32,000 nt of DNA, taken from the NCBI RefSeq assembly GCF_000010065.1, contig NC_006576.1, forward strand, positions 1,740,001 through 1,772,000, written 5' to 3'. How positions within the stretch are numbered: the first letter of the stretch is position 1; every line of letters starts with the position of its first letter. This stretch comes from Synechococcus elongatus PCC 6301 (GTDB lineage Bacteria > Cyanobacteriota > Cyanobacteriia > Synechococcales > Synechococcaceae). Under the pieces are notes generated by a model. The model saw only the letters and a program-made list of their open reading frames with translations. It was not told where the DNA came from and made no database searches. Positions 20,176 to 31,413 of the stretch are shown here, piece after piece. A program made the translations under genes and the position numbers.

Positions 20176-20337
20176 TCAGCCGTAGCTGGTGAACTTGGCA
20201 ACAAAATAACCAAACGCCATCCCAAACAGCGCTGCCCAAGCCTGACCAGAACTGACAAAGCCCTCCCAAGCCTGGCGCATATTTTGAAGGACATCGCTAT
20301 TGCTGACGTCAATGGCAAACCGGACCGCTTCTAGCAT
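20176..20337 (-). CDS. Putative small single-TM protein, 53 aa (absent from the ORF track)
   Basis: My translation: MLEAVRFAIDVSNSDVLQNMRQAWEGFVSSGQAWAALFGMAFGYFVAKFTSYG*. It has a hydrophobic C-terminal half. Confidence 0.55.
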   Translation of the reverse strand: MLEAVRFAIDVSNSDVLQNMRQAWEGFVSSGQAWAALFGMAFGYFVAKFTSYG

Positions 20338-20392
20338 TGTTGCGTTTCCACAAAAGGGTCTACAGCAGATCGCTCACCGATCCATCGTCTCG

Positions 20393-21781
20393 TCAAACGG
20401 CCCGCAGGACTACGAGGGTCATGTCATCTTCATTGTGGCGATCGGGCCCAATGAAGCGCTGGACTCGGTTGAATAGGTCGGCTAGGAGGGCTTCTGCTGA
20501 CAGTCGTCGCCGGCAAGCCTCACGGAAGGCGATCGCGACGTTCTCCTCATCGAAGCGGTTACCCCGCGGATCAGCCGCATCGGTCAAACCATCGGTGTAG
20601 TAGAGAACCACATCGCCCGGCTGAAGCTGCACGTGCTGTTCGGCGTAGGCATTATCGGCTTCGAGGCCAATCATCATGCCAAAGGTGTCGAGGCGCTTGA
20701 GGGTGCCCGTTGCCTGTTGCCAGAGCAGGGGTGGATTGTGGGCCGCATTGCTAAAGGTCAGCAAGCGCGAGCTGGGATCGTATTCCGAGTAAAACAGCGT
20801 GGCGAAGCGATTGGAATGCTCGAGGTCCGCGTAGATCACCTGATTGAGGTGTGCCAAGACCCGACTGGGCCGGTGCCGGTTCAGCACCTCTGCCCGCAGC
20901 ATGCCGCGCAGCATCGTCATGATCAAGCCAGCGGGGACGCCTTTGCCCATGATGTCGCCGATTGCGATCGCCCAGGGCGAGCCTGCATCGGGCTGCAAGC
21001 GTCCCTGTTCATCGCTGTGGGTGCGGGTAGGAATGAAGTCGTAGTAATCCCCGCCCACGCGGCTCGCTGTTCGACAGGCCGCCGCAATTTCTAAGCCTTC
21101 AATCGCCGGGCACTGACTCGGCAGTAATTGCAACTGAATTTCAGCACCAATTTCTAATTCGCGATCGAGGCGTTCTTTTTGGCGTAGCTCGGTGGTCAGC
21201 GCATCATTTTCTATCGCAACAGCAGTTTGATCCGCCACTAAGCGAACCAGTTTTTGACGCGATTCATTCCAGCTGTACTGGCCATCTAAGCTGAAGACGT
21301 ACAGCCGTCCACGGGCTTGGTTCCGCACCAAAACGGCGGTGGCAAATAACTGCGCGTTGCGGCCTAGACAGCGTTGCACTTGGCGATCGATCTCAGCGAT
21401 TGCTTCCGTTGGGGAACCACTGGGAGCCGTCCCAACCGGCAAGCTTGCGGGAATTCGATTCAGGGTCTCCGCAAGGCGGGGATCAGTGCAGTGTAGTTGC
21501 GCCTGCCAAAAGCGACCGTCGGGCCGAAAGGTCAATAACAGACTGCCTTCAGTGTCGGTGACTCGACTGGCAATGAGTGGGATCAGTTCTAGGAACTGGC
21601 CCAAATTGGTGAAGCTGCGGAGCGCGAACCCTAGGGAGGCCAACAATTCCTGAGCTTTGCGCTGTTCGCGATCGAGGCGCGCGACCAGATCCTTGAGGGC
21701 AATGACTGGTGAAAGGCTAGCTGAACCTTCCCCCGCCGAAGCCGGCGAAGCCGCGGGTTGGAAATAGGGGAGCGTCGTCAT
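20393..21781 (-). CDS. GAF-domain PP2C/SpoIIE-type serine phosphatase (RsbU-like)
   Basis: ELEIGAEIQLQLLPSQCPAIEGLEIAAACRTASRVGGDYYDF, WAIAIGDIMGKGVPAGLIMTMLRGMLR, VVLYYTDGLTDAADPRG and NRHNEDDMTLVVLR. The N-terminal region resembles a GAF domain. Confidence 0.9.
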   Translation of the reverse strand: MTTLPYFQPAASPASAGEGSASLSPVIALKDLVARLDREQRKAQELLASLGFALRSFTNLGQFLELIPLIASRVTDTEGSLLLTFRPDGRFWQAQLHCTDPRLAETLNRIPASLPVGTAPSGSPTEAIAEIDRQVQRCLGRNAQLFATAVLVRNQARGRLYVFSLDGQYSWNESRQKLVRLVADQTAVAIENDALTTELRQKERLDRELEIGAEIQLQLLPSQCPAIEGLEIAAACRTASRVGGDYYDFIPTRTHSDEQGRLQPDAGSPWAIAIGDIMGKGVPAGLIMTMLRGMLRAEVLNRHRPSRVLAHLNQVIYADLEHSNRFATLFYSEYDPSSRLLTFSNAAHNPPLLWQQATGTLKRLDTFGMMIGLEADNAYAEQHVQLQPGDVVLYYTDGLTDAADPRGNRFDEENVAIAFREACRRRLSAEALLADLFNRVQRFIGPDRHNEDDMTLVVLRAV

Positions 21782-21960
21782 AAGAGGACGGGCAGCTACG
21801 CTAAAAGCGATGGGAGAAAAGTTCCCAACGGTTATAGCACCTTATTTCTGGATTCGTGCAAATCCCCATCTAAATTGAGGTTCCTTGCAGTGATTGCCCA
21901 AAACAACCGTCAGGCATGGTCAATCTAGTGCGAATCAATGTCGATTCAGTTCAAAAAAAC

Positions 21961-23517
21961 TTAGCCATCCAACAGCGCTTGGATGAATTCATAGCTGGAG
22001 AAAGGCCGCAGATCTTGAATCCGTTCACCTGCTCCCAAGAATCGAATCGGTAGCTGGAGATCCTGGGCGATCGCGAGGGCGACACCGCCTTTGGCTGTGC
22101 TGTCCAGTTTGGTCAGGGCAACCCCGCTCAGTTGGGCTGCTTCGGCAAAGACTTGGGCTTGGCGCAGCCCGTTTTGCCCTTGGGTGGCATCGAGGACAAG
22201 CAGGGATTCAACGATCGCATCTGGAGCTTTGCGATCGATAATGCGGCGGACCTTAGCCAGTTCGTCCATCAAATTCTTTTTGTTCTGGAGGCGACCGGCT
22301 GTATCTACTAGCAGTAGCTCAGTGCCCCGCGCTTGCGCTGCCGCGATCGCATCAAACACGACGGCAGCCGGGTCGGTGTTCTGGCCGGGGTTAGCAATCA
22401 CATCCACCTCACTGCGATCGCCCCAGACTTTCACCTGCTCAACAGCAGCGGCCCGGAAAGTGTCAGCGGCGGCAATCAGACAGCGATAGCCCGACTTAGT
22501 GGCCAGATGGGCGAGTTTGCCAATCGTCGTCGTCTTACCGACGCCATTAACGCCGCAGACCAGCCAGACGTTGAGGCGACCCTTTTCAGGAGCCAGAATG
22601 TAGCGCCCCGAGGTTTCTAGGGGTTGATCCAACAACTGCTGCAGCAATTGCTTGAGATAGGCGATCGCCTGTTCTGGTGGCAGGGCTTCTTGGCGAAGCT
22701 TGGCTTGCAGCTGCGTCAGGATGCGATCAGTGGCTTCGACCCCCACATCCGCCTGTAGCAACAGTGCCTCGATTGTCTCAACTGCATCGGCGCTGAGGGG
22801 GCCTTGGCCCACCGCAGACTTCAGTTGGTTGACGAGGCTGCGGCGGGTTTTATCCAGACCGCGCCGCAGGCTACTCAGCCAGTCGATCTCTTCGATCGAA
22901 ATTTCTTCAGGACGCCGCCCTTGAGCTGCTAGCACTTCAGACGACCAGACAAAGTCATCGTCAAAGGTTAGCCCTTGGGGGGCTGAGGGTTCTGCGATCG
23001 CAGGGGGCTGGGGCTTCGGTTCTGGCTCCGGCTCCGCGATCGCTTCAGCAGTTAATTGTTCGAGGCGGGCTTCCCGCTCGCTGGCGGCGAGGTCAAAGAA
23101 AGAAGGGGGCTCAGCCGGAGCTGCAGGTTCTGGTTCTAGCTCGGGAGTGGCCTCAGCGATCGTCTGAGGTGCACTGGTCGTAACGGCTGTGTCGTCGGTT
23201 GTTGGCTCAACCGTAGCGGCTAGGTCGTCAGAGACCGCCCCAGGATCTTCCTCAACGGCAGCAGGATGATCTTGCTGCTTCAGATTCTGATAAGCCGCCT
23301 TCGCCCAAGCCAAATAATCAGGGTTGATTGTGGGAGTGGGCGCAGGAGGGCTTGCCGGTGCAGCTTCGGCTTCGGCTGGTTGTTGCTCCGTCGGTGGTTC
23401 TACGGGAGTGCGATCGGCCTCACCAGTCGGCTCGCTAGCCTCCGGGGCAGCCTCGCTGGGCGCCTCAGTTAGGGACTCGGGTTGATTGAACTGACGGCGA
23501 AACCAATCGAAAACCAT
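21961..23517 (-). CDS. ftsY: Signal recognition particle receptor FtsY
   Basis: VNGVGKTTTIGKLAHLATKSGYRCLIAAADTFRAAAVEQ, DTAGRLQNKKNLMDEL, TKLDSTAKGG and GAGERIQDLRPF, with an acidic Pro/Glu-rich N-terminal extension. Confidence 0.97.
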   Translation of the reverse strand: MVFDWFRRQFNQPESLTEAPSEAAPEASEPTGEADRTPVEPPTEQQPAEAEAAPASPPAPTPTINPDYLAWAKAAYQNLKQQDHPAAVEEDPGAVSDDLAATVEPTTDDTAVTTSAPQTIAEATPELEPEPAAPAEPPSFFDLAASEREARLEQLTAEAIAEPEPEPKPQPPAIAEPSAPQGLTFDDDFVWSSEVLAAQGRRPEEISIEEIDWLSSLRRGLDKTRRSLVNQLKSAVGQGPLSADAVETIEALLLQADVGVEATDRILTQLQAKLRQEALPPEQAIAYLKQLLQQLLDQPLETSGRYILAPEKGRLNVWLVCGVNGVGKTTTIGKLAHLATKSGYRCLIAAADTFRAAAVEQVKVWGDRSEVDVIANPGQNTDPAAVVFDAIAAAQARGTELLLVDTAGRLQNKKNLMDELAKVRRIIDRKAPDAIVESLLVLDATQGQNGLRQAQVFAEAAQLSGVALTKLDSTAKGGVALAIAQDLQLPIRFLGAGERIQDLRPFSSYEFIQALLDG

Positions 23518-23531
23518 AGGAACAGCAGAAG

Positions 23532-24173
23532 TTAGGAAGACGGACGGGCCGCACGGGCTGCTTTGCCTAGCATGGTGCTGAGGCGGCGCAACACGCCATT
23601 GATGAAGCGGCGACCTTCTTCATCACTGTACCGGTTGGCCAATTCCACTGCTTCGTTGATCGCCACTTGCTCGGGGGTACCTAAGAACAGAATTTCTGCG
23701 GCGGCTAACCGCAAAATGTCTTGGTCGAGGCGGGGCACGCGGTGCAGTTGCCAGTCCACCATCACATCATTCAAGGTGCGATCGATGCGTTCGCGGTTGT
23801 TGCTGACTTGCAGCACTAGCCGGCCGCCAAATTTGCGTACTTCTTCGCGATCGGTTAGTTGCACCCACTCGGGCAAGTCCAGGGCATTGCCGGTGCGGTT
23901 AATTGCAGCCTGGGCCATTTCGATCACCTCTTGGAGCATCGCCCGTGAGCTTTCCAGATCGGCAGAGCCCAAGGTGCTCAATAGCAAGCGATCGCTGCTC
24001 TGCTTCAATTCTGCGGAAGCGGCTTCTAGGTGATCGCGGGCTTCTGCGGCGAGGGTGCGGGTTGCCGCCAACAACAGCTCCGAGAGCATTTGGTCGGAGG
24101 GTGGCTCGGCTTTCGCTGGAAGCTGGCTCAAACTGAGCAAAGCCAGTTCACGAGCAATACGGCGGGGTTGCAT
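23532..24173 (-). CDS. nusB: Transcription antitermination factor NusB
   Basis: RRIARELALLSLSQL..., RLDQDILRLAAAEILFLGTPEQVAINEAVELANRYSDEEGRRFINGVL is the NusB signature. Confidence 0.93.
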   Translation of the reverse strand: MQPRRIARELALLSLSQLPAKAEPPSDQMLSELLLAATRTLAAEARDHLEAASAELKQSSDRLLLSTLGSADLESSRAMLQEVIEMAQAAINRTGNALDLPEWVQLTDREEVRKFGGRLVLQVSNNRERIDRTLNDVMVDWQLHRVPRLDQDILRLAAAEILFLGTPEQVAINEAVELANRYSDEEGRRFINGVLRRLSTMLGKAARAARPSS

Positions 24174-24319
24174 AGGTCGGCGGGAGGCAAAAGGCCAATC
24201 CTCACTCTAACTTGTTGGCCTGCTCCCAAGTCTGAGCAAATCCTGTCTGTAGGCGATCGCCTCGCAGGAATCACCAGTCCATAACGCTGTGCGATCGCCT
24301 CGAATGCCTGAGATTAGCC

Positions 24320-25087
24320 TTAGCGACCGCTCTCGTCTTCGCCCTTGCCACTGCTGCTGGCGGCCTCAACCAGCACTTTCTCTACCGCTTCCGGCAGGCT
24401 ATTCAAGGGAGCGGCTGGCGAATTGCCTTTGGGCGAGACGATGCCACCGGAAATCAGAATTTTGAAGGCATCCTCAACAGACATATCTAGGGTTAGCTCC
24501 TCCTCTTCGCAGACCACTGCATACCAGCCCGTGGTGGGATTGGGCGTCGAAGGGATAAAGACACTGACGAGGGCAGCATCTGGGCGCTTGGCCTGAATCG
24601 CATCGCTGACGATGCCAGTGACGAATCCGACTGACCAAAGGCCCTTGCGCGGATATTCCACTAACACTACGCGCCGAAAGCGGTTGCCGTTGTCCTTCAG
24701 GACCGTTTCGAGCAGTTGCTTGAGGGTTTTGTAGACCGATCCTGCGAGGGGAATCGCCTGCAGGGTGCGCTCGCCAAAATCCAGCAGGAAGCGACCGACG
24801 ATGTTGCGCGCCATCAGCCCGATCACCAAGATGGCGGTCAGGGGGACGGTCAGACCCACCCCTAGGTTGATTAGGTTGGTGAGCAGAGGATCGAGGTCAT
24901 TGAAGGGATTGACCTGTTTGGGAATTCCTGTCAGCAGGTTGACAACCCAGCGGGAGACCACTGCCGTCAGCCAGATTGTGGTTGCTAGGGGAATGACCAC
25001 CAGCAAACCGGCGATCAAATCATTTTTGAAATCCTGCCGCAGCCGTTGCCAAAAACTAAGAGAGCTGTGATTGGGGGCGTCAGACAT
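24320..25087 (-). CDS. DUF502 family membrane protein
   Basis: FKNDLIAGLLVVIPLATTIWLT..., FGERTLQAIPLAGSVYKTLKQLLET, VVLVEYPRKGLWSVGFVTG and VFIPSTPNPTTGW. Start placed at MSDAPNHSS. Confidence 0.88.
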   Translation of the reverse strand: MSDAPNHSSLSFWQRLRQDFKNDLIAGLLVVIPLATTIWLTAVVSRWVVNLLTGIPKQVNPFNDLDPLLTNLINLGVGLTVPLTAILVIGLMARNIVGRFLLDFGERTLQAIPLAGSVYKTLKQLLETVLKDNGNRFRRVVLVEYPRKGLWSVGFVTGIVSDAIQAKRPDAALVSVFIPSTPNPTTGWYAVVCEEEELTLDMSVEDAFKILISGGIVSPKGNSPAAPLNSLPEAVEKVLVEAASSSGKGEDESGR

Positions 25088-25310
25088 GGTCTTCGGGGAG
25101 TGAGGCAAAGGGTCACAGCGCAGCACCTTGGGCTGGCTCAGCGCTAAGTTTCCAGTCTCAGCAAGCGATCGCTAGCAGCTAGGGCCTGCTTCACTGTGAC
25201 ACAATCCGACTCCTCCGCGGGGGGGCAGGGGATCAAGGGCGATCGCAGCGAGTGTTAGATCCGACAACTGCGAGGCTAAAGCGCCGCTAGAGGAGGGCGC
25301 AGCTCAGCGA

Positions 25311-26081
25311 TCAGTTGTGGTTCGGACTTTGGCGCAGGATGCCCCAGCTGATGCCGCCATAGCCAATGACGAGCAGGATCCCAAGCAGCGAAGTTCGGAT
25401 CGTATTGCCGGTGACTTCGCGGCGAATGAGGTTAGATTGCTTCTCTTGGTTCGCTTTGATTTCAGCTTCTTGGGTTTGCTTAGCTTCTGCCGCACGCTGA
25501 TCGACAAAGCGATCGATTTCGGCTTCCGGTTTGCCTACTAGCTTTTCGAGCTCGCCAACTTGATCGGCCGGAATTTGGCCGCTGGCCTTGACTTGCTCAA
25601 ACAGGCCGGGGGTGCCAAATAGCTGCTTCAGTTGCTGTTTCTGCTGAGCGATCGCCCCTTGAAACTGCAGATCGAGGGCTTGTCGCTGTTGCTGCACCTG
25701 CTGCTGAACTTCTTCCAGCCGTTGGGCTTGGCTGGTGAAGGCATTGCTGAGGTGAATCGGGACCGCCAGGATAAAAATGACTGTGAGCACCAAGGGCAAA
25801 ATCCGCGCGATCGCCCGGATCAGTTTTTGTTGCGTGACGGACAAAGGATCGAGTTGTTGGGCGAGCCAATCGCCACTAAACCAGAACGTCAGGCCCACCA
25901 GCGGCACAACCCCGCGATCGATCCATTGGCTGCTGGTGGCCACGTACCAACGTGGTTCGCTCCAGTTGGCACCGACCAAACTGGCAACATAGTCAACGAG
26001 CACAGAGAGAACAAGGACGAGACCTACTAACCGCAAGGCTCGTGCAGCCAACGGTGCCACGGAACTCGGTGCAGCAGCCAT
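25311..26081 (-). CDS. HpsJ-like membrane protein (putative)
   Basis: Multi-TM with central coiled coil: WIDRGVVPLVGLTFWFSGDWL..., QRLEEVQQQVQQQRQALD..., NTIRTSLLGILLVIGYGGISWGILR. It resembles cyanobacterial HpsJ-family proteins from memory. Confidence 0.5.
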   Translation of the reverse strand: MAAAPSSVAPLAARALRLVGLVLVLSVLVDYVASLVGANWSEPRWYVATSSQWIDRGVVPLVGLTFWFSGDWLAQQLDPLSVTQQKLIRAIARILPLVLTVIFILAVPIHLSNAFTSQAQRLEEVQQQVQQQRQALDLQFQGAIAQQKQQLKQLFGTPGLFEQVKASGQIPADQVGELEKLVGKPEAEIDRFVDQRAAEAKQTQEAEIKANQEKQSNLIRREVTGNTIRTSLLGILLVIGYGGISWGILRQSPNHN

Positions 26082-26206
26082 CGATGATCTTTCACAGGAA
26101 CAGGCTCAGTGTATCCCTTGGATGGGACGCTCGAACCGCGATCGTGTTGGGAAAGTGAGCTGCGCTTCAGCCGGGCGATCGCAGAAATGAATCGAGGCTG
26201 AAGCAT

Positions 26207-26232
26207 AAAAAAGCCGGACCTTGCGGCCCGGC
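26207..26232 (-). terminator. Rho-independent terminator downstream of dnaK
   Basis: On the minus strand gccgggcc-gcaa-ggtccggc-tttttt: an 8-bp stem with one G-U pair, GCAA tetraloop and six Us, about 25 nt past the dnaK stop. Confidence 0.88.
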
Positions 26233-26258
26233 GATTCATTCCCAAACTGCCTAGGTGA

Positions 26259-28181
<1,923 letters not shown>

Positions 28182-28341
28182 TTACATCTGCTGACGGCCA
28201 ACCGCCAACAGGGGTGAACTCTTTTGAGTTTCGACTATCTTGCCGGTGAGCCGCCCCCTCTTCCAAGGCGGGGTTCCCGAACCTCGGGGGACGGTGGCCG
28301 ATCGCCCCTAAGCTGAAAAAACGCTGTCCACTGGCTCTGTT

Positions 28342-29208
28342 ATGTCTGCTCTCACCGGTCGTACTCGCTTGCTCGGCATTATTGGCGACCCGATCGAACA
28401 TTCCCTATCGCCGTTGATCCAAAATGCCGCGATCGCAGAGCTGGGCTTGGACTACTGCTATGTGCCCTTTCCGGTTAAGGGTGCAGATCTGGCGACGGCT
28501 CTGGCGGGCTTGGCTGCGATCGGGGTGCAGGGCTTCAACGTCACCATCCCCCATAAGCAAGCCGTGATGCCGCTCCTCAGCCAAGTTTCAGAACTGGCGC
28601 AGTCGGTGGGTTCGGTCAACACCGTTTGGCAGACTGAGCAGGGCTGGGTGGGCACTAATACAGATGTGCTGGGATTCCTTGCGCCGCTACAAACCCTGCG
28701 CAGCGATTGGTCCGGCTGTCGAGTCGTACTGCTGGGCTGCGGTGGTGCGGCTCGGGCGGTCGTTGCCGGTTGCCTCCAACTGGGGTGCAGTGCGATCGCA
28801 ACGGTGGTTCGGGACGCCCAGAAAGGAGACGCTTTTCAGCAGAGCTGGGGTGATCGCGCTGATTCTCTGACGATCCATGACTGGTCAGACATTCCAGATG
28901 TACTCAGCACTGCGGACTTAGTCGTCAACACCACACCGCTAGGCATGGACCCGCACATTGAGCGATCGCCCCTTGATAATTCAGCCGCTCAGCAATTGCG
29001 GCCAGAAACGATCGCCTACGACCTGATTTACACGCCCAGCCCGACCCGCTTTTTGCAACAGGCGATCGCCCAAGGCTGCCACGCGATCGATGGGCTAGAA
29101 ATGCTGGTTCAGCAGGGTGCAGCTGGCCTCAAAATTTGGACAGGTGCAGAAGCGGTTCCCGTCGATACGATGCGATCGGTGCTCAACGCCCATCTGGGTT
29201 TGGCCTAA
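28342..29208 (+). CDS. aroE: Shikimate dehydrogenase
   Basis: LGIIGDPIEHSLSPLIQNAAI, GFNVTIPHKQAVMPLL, GTNTDVLGFL and VVLLGCGGAARAVV. Confidence 0.95.
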   Translation: MSALTGRTRLLGIIGDPIEHSLSPLIQNAAIAELGLDYCYVPFPVKGADLATALAGLAAIGVQGFNVTIPHKQAVMPLLSQVSELAQSVGSVNTVWQTEQGWVGTNTDVLGFLAPLQTLRSDWSGCRVVLLGCGGAARAVVAGCLQLGCSAIATVVRDAQKGDAFQQSWGDRADSLTIHDWSDIPDVLSTADLVVNTTPLGMDPHIERSPLDNSAAQQLRPETIAYDLIYTPSPTRFLQQAIAQGCHAIDGLEMLVQQGAAGLKIWTGAEAVPVDTMRSVLNAHLGLA

Positions 29209-29227
29209 GTCGTGTGGCTGAGCGATG

Positions 29228-29935
29228 CTAAGAGACCGCCAAACGGGTGGCCATTGCCTCGGGCGTAAAGCGATAGCCGACGTTGCGCACGGTTTGCAAA
29301 AGTTGTGGCGCCTGCGGGTTCTGTTCCAGCTTCTTGCGCAGCGACAGGATGTGCGTATCCACGGTGCGCGGGTTATCGATCGCATTCGGCCAAGCCCGCT
29401 GCAACAGATCGGAGCGACTCAAGGGTTGTCCTTGGGCTTGCACCAAAACGTAAAGCAAGCTGAACTCCTGGGGCGTCAAATCGATCGCGCGGCCGTGATG
29501 TTCCACTCGCCGCTGCACGAGGTCAACGACCAAATCTCCAAATTCAAGGCGGCTCAGCGGTTGGGGTCGCTGACGACGCAATAGGGCTTGAACCCGAGCC
29601 AGAAACTCTTGCAGGCCAAAGGGCTTTTTCAGGTAGTCATCAGCGCCCGCTTGCAGCCCAGCCACTACATCGGCTTCGCTCGATCGCGCCGAAATCATTA
29701 AAATCAATGCCGCCAAGTCCTGAGCTTGCAGCCAGCGACAGTATTCTAGACCGCTACCATCGGGTAGGTCGATCGCCAAGACAATCAAGCTAGGACATTG
29801 CGATCGCAGCAGTTGCCGCGCTTCACTCAACCCTGCCGCTAGCCCCACTTCCAACCCTAATTGGCTCAGGTGCCAGCGCAGGAGCGATCGCAGTTGGGGA
29901 TTGCCTTCGATGACATGGACGATCGCGGTCGTCAC
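29228..29935 (-). CDS. OmpR/PhoB-family response regulator with atypical receiver domain
   Basis: Receiver MTTAIVHVIEGNPQLRSLLRWHLSQLG...LIVLAIDLPDGSG...MISAR...LKKPF. The winged-helix domain contains PQEFSLLYVLVQAQGQPLSRSDLLQRAW...VDTHILSLRKKLEQNP...TVRNVGYRF. Confidence 0.93.
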   Translation of the reverse strand: MTTAIVHVIEGNPQLRSLLRWHLSQLGLEVGLAAGLSEARQLLRSQCPSLIVLAIDLPDGSGLEYCRWLQAQDLAALILMISARSSEADVVAGLQAGADDYLKKPFGLQEFLARVQALLRRQRPQPLSRLEFGDLVVDLVQRRVEHHGRAIDLTPQEFSLLYVLVQAQGQPLSRSDLLQRAWPNAIDNPRTVDTHILSLRKKLEQNPQAPQLLQTVRNVGYRFTPEAMATRLAVS

Positions 29936-30198
29936 ACTGAACGCGCTCTTGGGAGTTGTGACTTTAACCTAGCAAGCTGTCCATTGTGGCTTCTGTATTC
30001 GCCTTTACGAGCGCGACTTCGAGCACCCGTTGTCTTCCTCGGAACCGCGATCGCGGTCGAAGCTGTCTATGATCGAAAAGTGATCTTTAACCTCTTCTTC
30101 CAAATCTGAGCTGCTAACTTTTGGCAAGCTCAAGAAAAGATGAGAGGCCTGACCACGCAAGGTCCGATACTCTATCGACGGTGCAGGGGGGGAGCACA

Positions 30199-30450
30199 AT
30201 GTTGCAGGATACAGATACCGTTCGCCACTATCAGCGGCTGACCGACGCCATGGTGCAATTGTGGGAGCGTGGTTATCGGCCTGATGACATTCGCCTCTAC
30301 ATCGAAGGCTACTTGGCCGCCCTGCGCCAAAACGGCAGCATTGAAGCCTTTTGGCTGCACCGCCTCGAAGAGCAGGTGATTCGTTTCCTTTACGATCCCT
30401 CCAACTTTGAGGTCTATCCCTACCCGCAAGCCCAACGCGATCGCTACTAA
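30199..30450 (+). CDS. DUF6761-like small cyanobacterial protein
   Basis: MLQDTDTVRHYQRLTDAMVQLWERGYRPDDIRLYIEGYLAALRQNGSIEAFWLHRLEEQVIRFLYDPSNFEVYPYPQAQRDRY; start trimmed from 30121. Family name from memory. Confidence 0.75.
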   Translation: MLQDTDTVRHYQRLTDAMVQLWERGYRPDDIRLYIEGYLAALRQNGSIEAFWLHRLEEQVIRFLYDPSNFEVYPYPQAQRDRY

Positions 30451-30618
30451 ATTCAGCTGCGCTGATCGACACGAATGTTGCCCATCTTCTAGAGCTGGCT
30501 TGAAGGCGGAAACAGTGCCTATTGCTATTCAGCTCGTGGGGGTCAGTCTTTGGTCACTGCTGCATCGGGACGAATTCCTATCGATAATGCAAGGGCAGGG
30601 TCTGGATTTAGGTTGCGC

Positions 30619-31317
30619 ATGGATCGACAGCAACAGCTTCGTCGCCTTCAGGGAGGTCTGATTGTTTCCTGTCAGGCACCTGCGGATTCTCCCCTGCATC
30701 AGCCAGAGATCATTGCCGCGATCGCAGTCGCAGCAGTTCAGCGTGGAGCTGTGGGCATTCGCTTGGATACGCCTGAACATGTGCGTGCCGTGCGCGATCG
30801 CCTACCGGAAACACCAATTATTGGCCTCTGGAAACGTACCTTTCCCGATAGCTCGGTCTACATTACGCCCCGCTACGTCGAAGCAGAAGCGATCGCGGCG
30901 GCCGGAGCCGACATTGTTGCCTTGGATTGCACCCTGCGCCCCCGCCCGGATGGCGAGGATTTTTGCCAAATCATTCCGCGCCTTCAGCAAGAACTCGGCT
31001 GTGCCGTGATGGCCGACATCGACACTCTAGAAGCAGCGATCGCGGCTGCCAAGGCAGGAGCTGATTTAGTCGGAACCACGCTCTACGGCTACACGGAAGC
31101 TACTCAGGGGCAAACCCCGCCGGGCTGGGATCTGTTAGAGACCGCCGCTCAACAATTGCCCAATACACCCGTGATCTGCGAAGGGGGAATTGCCAGTGCT
31201 CAAGCTGCCCGCCAAGCCTGCGATCGCGGCGCGTTTGCGGTTGTTGTCGGAACGGCGATTACAGGCATTGATCTGCAGGTCCAAGCCTACGTGACAGCTC
31301 TCAATGCAAGGCCCTAG
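30619..31317 (+). CDS. nanE: Putative N-acetylmannosamine-6-phosphate 2-epimerase
   Basis: GGLIVSCQAPADSPLHQPEIIAAIAVAAVQRGAVGIRLDTPEHV, PIIGLWKRTFPDSSVYITPR, ADIVALDCTLRPRPDGE and PVICEGGIASAQAA. Start uncertain; the track ORF starts at 30550. Confidence 0.9.
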   Translation: MDRQQQLRRLQGGLIVSCQAPADSPLHQPEIIAAIAVAAVQRGAVGIRLDTPEHVRAVRDRLPETPIIGLWKRTFPDSSVYITPRYVEAEAIAAAGADIVALDCTLRPRPDGEDFCQIIPRLQQELGCAVMADIDTLEAAIAAAKAGADLVGTTLYGYTEATQGQTPPGWDLLETAAQQLPNTPVICEGGIASAQAARQACDRGAFAVVVGTAITGIDLQVQAYVTALNARP

Positions 31318-31413
31318 ATTGTCACTCAGATTATCTTCAAGGGGGACCCCCCCGCGCTAGGATGCTTTAGCCCTTGGTTGTTGGGCAAGCTTTTTCGGTA
31401 AGAGGATCCGTCG

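Noticed and set aside
18628-20192. Several ORFs opposite or overlapping argH (18628..18951, 19411..19902, 19661..20104, 19839..20192)
   Set aside because: They are shadow ORFs of a high-GC conserved gene, with no independent motifs.
30005-30472. 155-aa minus-strand ORF between the response regulator and the DUF6761-like gene
   Set aside because: It largely covers the DUF6761-like gene on the opposite strand, and its composition is not protein-like.
31344-31355. Short GGGGG-A-CCCCC palindrome upstream of metK as a terminator
   Set aside because: There is no loop and no U-tract, so a functional hairpin is not supported.
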